DNA of 20,000 nucleotides from Trichinella spiralis (Eukaryota): NCBI RefSeq assembly GCF_000181795.1, contig NW_003526944.1, positions 5,643,832 to 5,663,831 of the forward strand, read 5' to 3'. Shown piece by piece: positions 11,342 to 20,000 of this stretch (position 1 is its first letter; each line of letters starts with the position of its first letter). The notes under the pieces were generated by a model. It saw only the letters and a program-made list of their open reading frames with translations, ran no database searches and was not told where the DNA came from. The position numbers and the translations under genes were made by a program.

Positions 11342-12896
11342 TTAGCTTCTTTTGCAGACACGTAGAAACTAAAAATTAAAAAATTTAAAGAAAAAGGTTC
11401 AAAAGAAAAGGATTTTTATAAGAAATCCGCTTTTTTACCGGACAGAATTGTTCCGCTGTTAAAAATTGCAGCATCTCGTGCAGACGAGGCTCAACGAATT
11501 CTTTCACAAATGAGGAACACTAAAATGATTATTGTTTACATTAAAGAAAGCATCATTCATTTTCATATAGGAGTGTTTCATATGTACTTTAATTGCATTC
11601 GAACATGAGCGAAAATTTATTCCATTTTTGAAAGTTTTTTTGAATTAATAATTATAATAATACCAGCGTGGTAAATAAATAAATAAGATAATGATTGCAG
11701 TGAAAATTTTTGTTTTAAGTAAATATGAATTGTTTGCTGAATGCAATTTTTTCTGTTTCGTTAAGTAAAAAATAAAGCATGCACGTTTCAATCACCTACT
11801 TTAGTTTGAACCTCCTTTGGAAGCCCAGAGCATAGCTTTTCCCAAATTTTTAAATATAGCATTTCGAATTGATTTTCCGTTAAAACTTTCTCCATATAGT
11901 TGAGTACAGTTTGACACAGTGTGCATTCTGAATTATTGTTCAGCGGAGTTGGAAAAGAAGATGAATGATAATCTTAAAGGAATAAATAAATTTTTACTGT
12001 TCATTGTTTGTTTGTATGTTTGTTTAAATACATTACTTTCAAATACATACATAAATACAAATAAGATTTAAATAAAACATTACTTTTCTTAGAGCACAGC
12101 GTTGCTTCATAGCAGATGAATTGACCATCAATCATTTTGATGAAACTCTCATACAAACTGTGGAAATAATTTTTAATGAAATCTTCACATGCTTCAGATT
12201 TTTCTTGTGATAACAAAGTACTGTTGCACGCGATCATACCATATTCTTTCACTGTTTCTTCCATTTGAATTGCTCGTGAAAGTATTGTATTGACCCACAA
12301 TTTACAGACAATGCATTCAATTCCATTTTTTGTTGGTTCCTAATTGAAAATATAATTCTGATGAAAAATGAGAAACTGAATGAAAACAAAAATACTACTT
12401 GGAAAGTATTGCTACATTCAGTGCCGATGATATTGCTGCACATATCTGGATCTTCATTTTCGCCATTGTTCACTGCATCAATGAGAAATGGCAAATATTT
12501 CGAACTGTGGCTCATGCAAGAATAGCTCAGCGGTGACATTGCTCTGCAAAAATTTTCCATGCTTTCTCGAATCTCTTGCTTAAATTAAACACCAGCTTTT
12601 TATTTCTATTTTTGCTTTTTTTGTTTTTTGTATGACAAAAAATGGTATGTACTGTGCTAAAGCGATTTTCATTCAAAGAGTTGACTGCTGCTTTGCTAGC
12701 TTCACAGAAAAAGCATCGATCGTCCATGCTGGCCGTGGATGGTTTGAATCTTGAACTCGAGGCTGTTGCGATTATGCTAGCTGAAATGAATTTGCTCTCA
12801 GTCATGAAATCAAATCAAAAATTGAAAATTTGTTGAGTTCGTTGCCTTTGCATTGCAACTGCACTCACCGATCATCAAAATGGTGCAAGACTGCAT
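11342..12896 (-). CDS. Secreted triple saposin B-type domain protein (paralogue A), 7 exons, ~290 aa
   Basis: Exons 12896-12869, 12780-12653, 12578-12399, 12339-12084, 11972-11800, 11519-11439, 11368-11342. Signal-like MQSCTILMIASIIATASS is followed by CFFC..CRAMSPLSYSC..KYLPFLID..CSNIIGTEC; CIVC..CNSTLLSQEKSEAC..CYEATLC; CTLC..CSGLPKEVQTKC..CPFLRVC. Confidence 0.88.
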
Positions 12897-13692
12897 TTTG
12901 TAGTTCAAATTGATATGCTGCACTGGTGATTTGCGTCCATTTATTAAGTAAGTTGTTATTTTATCTAAAGTTTGCAGAAATGCGCAAACAGTTTTATTTG
13001 CAGTCTGCCATTTTCTTTAAACACGTGATTCTATCAGTTTATCAGTATGGATTTTTTGTTTGATGTTGATTTAACTTTGTGAGCAAGTTACCTTTAATTT
13101 GTTTTCAAAGTAGATATAACTCTAATTGATTTATTAGCTTAAACCCATAGTAAATTGCAGAACATTCATTTATAAGGAATTTAAAAGTTGTATCTTCACA
13201 CATGTATGTATATTCCAATTAACCAGCCACGTACTGTCCATTTAACATTTTAAAGAATTACTTTACTGTAAAATGACAATTATCTGTTTTACAATTAATT
13301 TCAAGATTCAAATTTAACGCTGTCGGCTGAATTATAGTGCAATGTAATGTATTTGCTGCAGAAAGCACCGAAAGGACGAAAGGAAATGGACATTAGCACC
13401 GAAAGGGGAAGCATTATAGATGTATACAACTTATGACTGAGCACAGAGATTAAAAGCATTTGACATACGCTACAAATCAATCAAGTGATAGACATATGAT
13501 AATGGTTTTGTGTTGTTATACTTTATTATTTTTAAACATTTACGAAAAAATAATGAAGACATTAAAATTTTTTGCAAATATATATATATATATAATTAGC
13601 CTTATTCATTCCAAAACTTTCGTTAAATTTTTATGCTCTATCTGCACAGCAAATTTTTTTGATCTGTGACGTTTTAAACGATTGTTTCATGC

Positions 13693-15221
13693 TTACTATT
13701 CATATTCGGGCACATGTCTACATATGTAGACACATAACACTTTCTCTTTTTTTATGATTGTGCTGAAATAATCCACATGTTTGTAGTAGTTAAAATGCTC
13801 TGAGGTTACCACATTGATTATTTTTGAATGTGATCCATGTTTGTGCGCTTCATGGAATCTGGGATAAAGTCCCTGTGGATTTTATAGAGCACATTAGTCA
13901 AACAGGGCGCCAACCTCAAAGATAAAAACAGTATGCTTCATGAGTGTCTGTCAGTGCTCTTAGGCCTTCTAGACGTTTGTTTAAGAGTCATTGTTATTAG
14001 CTGAACATGTAAGAATAACAGTCAGTTGTTTATGGCAGCTTTAAAAAGCCCATTATGCAGCTATATATTGCTAAAGATAATCAGTTGTGGTGAAATTGTG
14101 ATTGCCACCTTTACATTTTACCATACGTATTGACCATTTAACTATTTGACCGGAAAAGAATAGTGTGAAGATGAACTGGATGTGTGACGCAGAAAATAGT
14201 TATGCTCTGAAAAATTTGTTATATGGTGGCAGAAGTGGTTAAAAACGCCAAATCGATTTAGCAAGCATCATTGTTGGGCAATTGGCACAGACATTTGTGA
14301 ACTCTAACAGAAACGTTTTTATGGACCGTTATTTTACATCTATTCCACTGTGCAACATCTTCTTGAGCATGGTCTTACAGCTATTGGTGCAGTGTTTGCA
14401 CATTGCCGTGATGTTCTAGCATGTTTGCGTGAAGCAGCACGACGTGATCTTTACTCCACATTAGCTGTTTATGATCGCAACAAAAAAATAACGATGATAA
14501 ATTACGTACCAAGGAAAAACAGCAATCTTCTTCTGTTGATTTCATGCCACGCAAAGTTCAAAATAGACAACCAGTGAGGTGTGACAAAAGACCAAACATC
14601 ATAAATAATTATAAGCTTTGCAAAGGAGGCGTGGATAGAATAGATGCAAGAGTAGAAGATTTTTGTTATAAAAAAAGACCAACAGATAGAGCATGCCGAT
14701 GTTGTACTTCATCGTTGATGTGTGCATCAACAACACATTTTTACTGAAGAGATATCAGCAAAGTTATCAAAAGACAAAGAGGCGTTTTATGAGAGAAATT
14801 TCAGCACAGCTGGTCAAACAACACATCGAAATAAGGTATCAAAATCAAAAATCTATGCACAAACTAAGCATGCCTTCATCCGTTACAGACTGCTCCCAAA
14901 TCATAAATGTTACACGTATCAGTTATAACACGATAAAATCCATCACAATGCTGAGAGCAAGAGCGTCGAAAATCAACGTAAAACCGCTGCTATTCATGTA
15001 AAAAAGATATACGTAGCAGCCATAAAATCACTAAAATATCGTGTAGCGCTTGCATTGAATAAAATAAATAATCTATTTGTGGAATTATCATTAGTTCTCG
15101 AAAAAATAATCATTCTAACATCAGGTACAGGGATTAAACATGATGAAGCTTCTAGTGTCTATATGTATATAGACAGTTGCGCGGATTAAGATGCAAAATT
15201 TGCAGCCCGGATGAGGTTTAA
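13693..15221 (+). mobile_element. Internally deleted piggyBac DNA transposon (non-autonomous remnant)
   Basis: The right end is GCAGCCCGGATGAGGT|TTAA (to 15221) and the left end is a degenerate TTCATATTCGGGC (~13699-13711). Related subterminal palindromes lie at both ends: TGTCTACATATGTAGACA (13715-13732) and TGTCTATAT-GT-ATATAGACA (15156-15175). It encloses a transposase pseudogene. Confidence 0.8.
14150..15062 (+). pseudogene. piggyBac transposase pseudogene (C-terminal half)
   Basis: Frameshifted, stop-containing motifs PEKNSVKMNWMCDAENSY, NRNVFMDRYFTS, YKLCKGGVDRID and FIVDVCINNTFLL are present. A C-terminal Cys-rich domain RCYSCKKDIRSSHKITKISCSACIE* follows. The N-terminal half is missing. 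Confidence 0.88.
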
Positions 15222-15596
15222 ATACAATTCTAAGTATTGTTATGATTATTTTTTCCAATATATAAATATCTTAAATGATGATATGTCAGATTTTATTTTA
15301 TTTTCTCAATACACATAATATAAAAATAATTTCAAAATTAACATATACATACATACATAACAGTATTTAAAGGAAATTTAATGCGAATTTTATTTGTGAG
15401 CTCTGCTTGATTTTATTGATAAAAAGAAGTTTTTTAAATATTATTAAATATGAAATTTGATTTCAAATTTTATTTTCCTTTTTTAAACTTGTTCTTTATT
15501 AATTGTGTAATTCACAGTGAGAAAATTAGTGAACATCACTCTACATCAAAGAGATGATTTGGCATATTATTATTTTTTCTGCGAGTTCTTTTGAAA

Positions 15597-16821
15597 TCAA
15601 TCGAAATCACTTATGGAGCAGAGGTTGATTTTCTGAAACAAAGTTCTTGTAAATATGCATGGTGAAATTATAGAAATGAGCTTACTGGGCAAATATTTTT
15701 TGGAGCCATGTACTTTACTAACATATACTGTAACTCATTGGCGAATTTGTTGACTAAGCTGTTACACTAAATGTATCAAATTTTTAAATATTCAGTTAAA
15801 CAAGAATCAAAGCCTTACATCATTTGACACTTGTATGATGTTTATCGATGTACAGATAGTGCCCAATGCTTTGATTAAATATTTTTCTGCATGCGCGTTG
15901 TCTAGAAATTGTTTCAGATATTTAAATGATATCATGCACGCACTGCACTCAACATCTTCTAATACTGAGGTAATTTCTTGTCTTTCATGTTTCTCTAAAA
16001 TTATTTATTATTTATGCATTATAATAATTATTATTCTAATTACTTACTTAACAGAGGACACCCTATGATAGCTCCACAGAACACTTTTGTAGACAATGTG
16101 GTCACTATTGCACTGAATGTATAGTCGAAATACTGTTCGAATAAGTCAAAACAGATTTCTTTTTCATTCTTCCCCAAAATAGAAGCATTGCATATCGGCA
16201 TCATTAATTCTTTGATTTCCTGTTCATGCATTAGCAAGTATCTGCTAAACAGATTTGTACCCATAAAGCAGGTTAGGCAAGCCAATGCGCCATTTTCAGA
16301 TTCTCCCATTTTCTATATGAAAAATTTTGCTTCATTAAAATTAGTTTGATTAAAAATATTGTTATTGAATCTGAACAGAAATATTATCGCAGGTCTTGTT
16401 GGTGATGATGTTGCATGTTTTTAGATCTGAACCGTCTTTGATGATTGCATCCAGAACGAACGGAAGGTATTTGTGTGCATTGCTTATGCATGCCTTAGAT
16501 CCTGGCTTTGATTGCTGGCAGAAAGATTGAATTTTTTCTTCGATTATCATCTAATTCAATCATAATGACACACAATTATATTAATGATAATTTCAAAATT
16601 TGATTAATATGCTAACTTTAGGTTCTTGATTTTTTTGACAAGTTTGAACAATGTTTTTTACCGCATCGCAAACGAAGCATTGATCAATGCTGGATATTTT
16701 ACTTTCAGCAATGGCTACTGCAATGCATTCTGTAAGATAGAATAATAATTATTTAAAATATTCAAAATAATTGATCGAGTGAATTCATACCTAGGAAAAC
16801 AACAATGAAGCTGTGTTTCAT
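15597..16821 (-). CDS. Secreted triple saposin B-type domain protein (paralogue B), 7 exons, ~291 aa
   Basis: Exons 16821-16791, 16729-16617, 16550-16377, 16312-16048, 15994-15819, 15766-15686, 15632-15597. Signal-like MKHSFIVVFLECIAVAIA is followed by CFVC..CQQSKPGSKAC..KYLPFVLD..CNIITNKTC; CLTC..CNASILGKNEKEIC..CGAIIGC; CSAC..CTSINIIQVSNDC..CPKINLC. Confidence 0.87.
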
Positions 16822-17890
16822 GTTGAAGAACTTTTCGGTTTTTGATTTGTTTTATATTTATTACTTGATATTTATAAGTGCATTTTATTTGCATTTGACG
16901 TCAACTGTGCAGTTTCAACAGCCATATATTTAAGGTACAGATAGGTGATAACCTTAAGCATTTTTTTTTATTTTTGCTTTATTTGTTAGTATTTTAAATT
17001 TGAGACTAATAAAAATTGAAGAATTTGTTTCTTTATACAAATTAAACTTATTAAATAAATAATAAAATAATTTTTGATAAATATCGACTGTTTCTGTTTT
17101 TCAAATAAATTATTGCTAGGAAAGATTTATCTTGCTTATTGACAGCAGTAATTATTGACACATTTTCTTAACCTGAATTTATGATAATTTTTTTTGCTTA
17201 TCAGAGAGAGTAATCTATGGACAAATACGTTGTCAAAAAAGGAAACTATTATCATCAACGTTGACATGAACTTCATATTTTTTGATAGCTAAACTAAATT
17301 TCTTTTTAATAATAATTTTAATTTAATGTGTTTGTTTTCTAAAAAAATTATTCAAAATAAATTCCATTCAAAATTCAGGCTTGTCTATTTAGAGCTGATA
17401 ATGCTATTCTAACATTTGCTTACTGATACTGCTAATTGAAGATTTTATTTAATGCAGATTTTTTGTTCTCTTTTTTAAATTCATGAAATTGCTTGTTTGT
17501 TTTGTTTATTCGTGCACGTTTTATTTAAATTAATGATTTGACTGATGAATAGGTTAATTTCTAGACACCACCAAAATAAGAAATTCAAACATCTATCGCT
17601 GATAGGTTGTCATGATACATGACAATAGCTCTTCTACTGATAAATTAAATGATCCAGATTGCTCTTTTGTTCATATTCAGTTGATGAATATCAAATATGA
17701 ATTTCATAGTCCTGAACTCAGATGATCCTTACCTTCATTTAATCAGTGAAGGCAAACCCAGTTCCTGTTGAAACAGAGCATACGGATCAACTCTGAATTC
17801 TATGCTAATTTTGTGTTGCTCATTATTTGCACAGAGTAACTAGTCATAACTGACCAAATATATGAGAGCGAATAACAGGTAAGATTAGAG

Positions 17891-17975
17891 CAGTGGTTCT
17901 CAACACCTGTGATCACACGCCCCCCCCCTTAATAAAAGTTCTGCAGTTAATGCCCCCCCCCTCTAAAAAAAGTAG
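17891..17975 (+). mobile_element. Orphan hAT (Charlie/Buster-like) transposon terminus
   Basis: CAGTGGTTCTCAAC at 17891-17904 matches the typical hAT Charlie/Buster TIR. It is preceded by GATTAGAG (NNNTANNN target pattern) and followed by two G-polyC-T..AAAAGT subterminal repeats. No full matching TIR or second TSD is in the window. Confidence 0.5.
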
Positions 17976-18175
17976 TGTCATGTATTCTGTACAGGCAAAG
18001 CAAATTTTTGCTTCATGGTTGCATCAAGCAAAGCTAGGTTTCACAGTAAAACATTCCTGAATGATTCACAATAAAAATTAATGAGATTAATGCTTATTTT
18101 TGACGATGTGTGATGCTGCGTATGAAGTGTGGTATATGCGGCTCTGGTGATCAGAACAGCCGCGCTGTAAAACAT

Positions 18176-19375
18176 TTCATTTTGACACGTTGTCAGCTGC
18201 TGACCACCGAAGTTGTGACAGGTATACAGCATAAACGTGACTTTTTGACCGCTTAATTGCGATTCCATTGTTCCCCATCGAGAAAAACAAAGGGGGCTAC
18301 TGGCGTGTAAATTATTTTACAATCTGATCTTCAAGTTCGATCCGCAATATTCGATATGGCGGGCGATTTAAAAGAGGTGTCGCTGGTCTCGTTTAAGCAA
18401 GCTAATGCTCTTCACACAACAGCGAACGAAATACCTGTAAAACGGAATTTAGTCGGTTCAAATAATCTGTCGTCAGGTTCTTCTGATCGTCAAGTATCAG
18501 AGCAGCAATTTTGAGACTCAACGCGTTCAAAATCGTTCACCGCTCTAAGTGGCAAATCGAGTAGTGCCAATCCACACTAATTCAATATCTGTGTTGAATA
18601 TCAGCCTTTTCCTTTCAACTGATACCGATCTAATCAATCTTATCAGATTCTTGTGGTTCCTGTTTTCCCACACAGTATCCACACTGTATACAGGACTCAA
18701 ACAAGATCCGTCTTCACGTGGACTCCTTGGGTCAAGCAAGAAGTACACAATCGTCTTTGTTTACGTAGTTCCTTACGCAAACAGTAAAGCAAACAGTAAG
18801 TTCGAACATACAATTATACCTTCGTTTCCATACACGGTAACTGTATCGACAGTAACAATTGCACTCAATCAACAATAATTGGTGGAATCAAATCTTTATT
18901 ATCGTCCTAATTTCGTCAATCAATCGGTCAATAACAAGTTCTTGTTTCTATTTTTAGCATACCATATTCCTACAGTAAGAATACGGGATAATTAAGTTAC
19001 ACGTTGTTTTCACTGTTCTTAACGGTTTGGTCTGAACTCATCCGCAATAATTCGACCCATTTTTGTGATTGGCGGGTCGCTGATTGGTTGTAGGGGCATT
19101 GTTCGGTAATTGGCTAATACCTTCTGCTATTTTATTAGCTAATTATTCTTGTTGAGAAATCTTTTCTCAATACCTGCTGATCACTATCTAAAAATCCCCG
19201 TGGCAACAAAGCATTGCTCCTGGTACGAAAACAACGATTGCGCAACGCCAGTTGCATCCCTTGTTTTTCTCAATGGAAAACAATGGAATAGCAATTAAGC
19301 GGTGAAAAGGTTAGCGTCCTGTCATATATCTGCCACAACTCCGGTGGCCAGTTGCTGAAAAAGCGTCAAAGTGAA
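18176..19375. repeat. Long imperfect inverted repeat (arms 18176-18306 and 19245-19375)
   Basis: An ungapped hand alignment of arm 1 to the reverse complement of arm 2 gives 102/131 identities (~78%), including CCGCTTAATTGC, ATTCCATTGTT and GAGAAAAACAA. Weaker similarity extends ~30 bp outward. Confidence 0.85.
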
Positions 19376-20000
19376 TTGTAGCTGACAGCACGCCTGTTCA
19401 GACCCCAGCTAAGCTGCACAGTCTGAGGGATTGCGCAACCAAGCCGATCTTCTAATTACTCTTCGATAATCTGGGTCGCCAGACGCAGAGTGAGGTAAAG
19501 AAAAAGATATAAATACAAGTGCGGAGGGAGGAGGGACAATAACACGGAACGCGCCGTATCGAATACCGCCTGAACCGTTTTCTCTCGCTATATCATTGTT
19601 ATTACTCACTGTTTATTCTGAATAAACCGATTCTTAGTCACACCCGTTGTCACTGATATTTTATAATTAACATATACAGTCCACTATTAAAGATCTTCAA
19701 GTTCAAACTAAAGATTGTTCAACAATTCTGATAAGTGATTGGGTGAATAACTGAACCATAACATTTTATTAGCTATTCAGCTGTGATCTAGGATTGGATG
19801 ATTGTTGTTTATCAAATCTTTACCAAATATGGGTGCATTACCATTAAAATACCTTATATGGACATAAAAAAGCGGGATGGTGGATTGCGGGACAAATTTT
19901 CACGGTCTAATTTTACTGGTCGTTGAACTCGCTATTTCATTGGACCATCAATTCGTCGTCTTATTAGTTTTCCTTATCTAATTGCTCATTGATTCAAACT

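Noticed and set aside
13356..13406. Hammerhead-like CCGAAAGGACGAAA and a 12-bp direct repeat AGCACCGAAAGG (13364, 13395)
   Set aside because: The required CUGANGA core is absent (CTGCAGA) and stems I/III are not evident. Two copies do not make an array.
18041..18878. ORFs 18041-18268, 18545-18748 and 18549-18878 as genes or a fourth saposin paralogue
   Set aside because: No CxxC saposin pattern or known motif. The inverted copy of the first ORF has in-frame stops.
1..20000. CRISPR array, rRNA, intact tRNA or prokaryotic system
   Set aside because: The DNA is spliceosomal-intron eukaryotic sequence; no regularly spaced repeats or intact RNA-gene structures were seen.

Overview
AT-rich eukaryotic DNA with short GT-AG introns, most consistent with a nematode (Trichinella-like; inferred, not searched). 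Hand-splicing gives five intact multi-exon genes. On the + strand: Bicaudal-D (619-4897, 7 exons, ~813 aa) and the eEF1A lysine methyltransferase EEF1AKMT2/METTL10 (5605-8000, 5 exons, ~226 aa). On the - strand: three strongly diverged tandem paralogues (8337-9791, 11342-12896, 15597-16821). Each has 7 exons with identical intron phases and encodes a signal peptide plus three saposin B-type domains with a family-specific Cys spacing. The ORF track shows only fragments of this cluster, which is the main find. Transposon debris includes a Ginger2/KRBA2-like remnant with a nested piggyBac 3' end in METTL10 intron 1, a second deleted piggyBac between two saposin genes, a hAT-like end at 17891, and an unexplained 131-bp inverted repeat with an adjacent LTR/tRNA-like segment at 18.1-19.7 kb.
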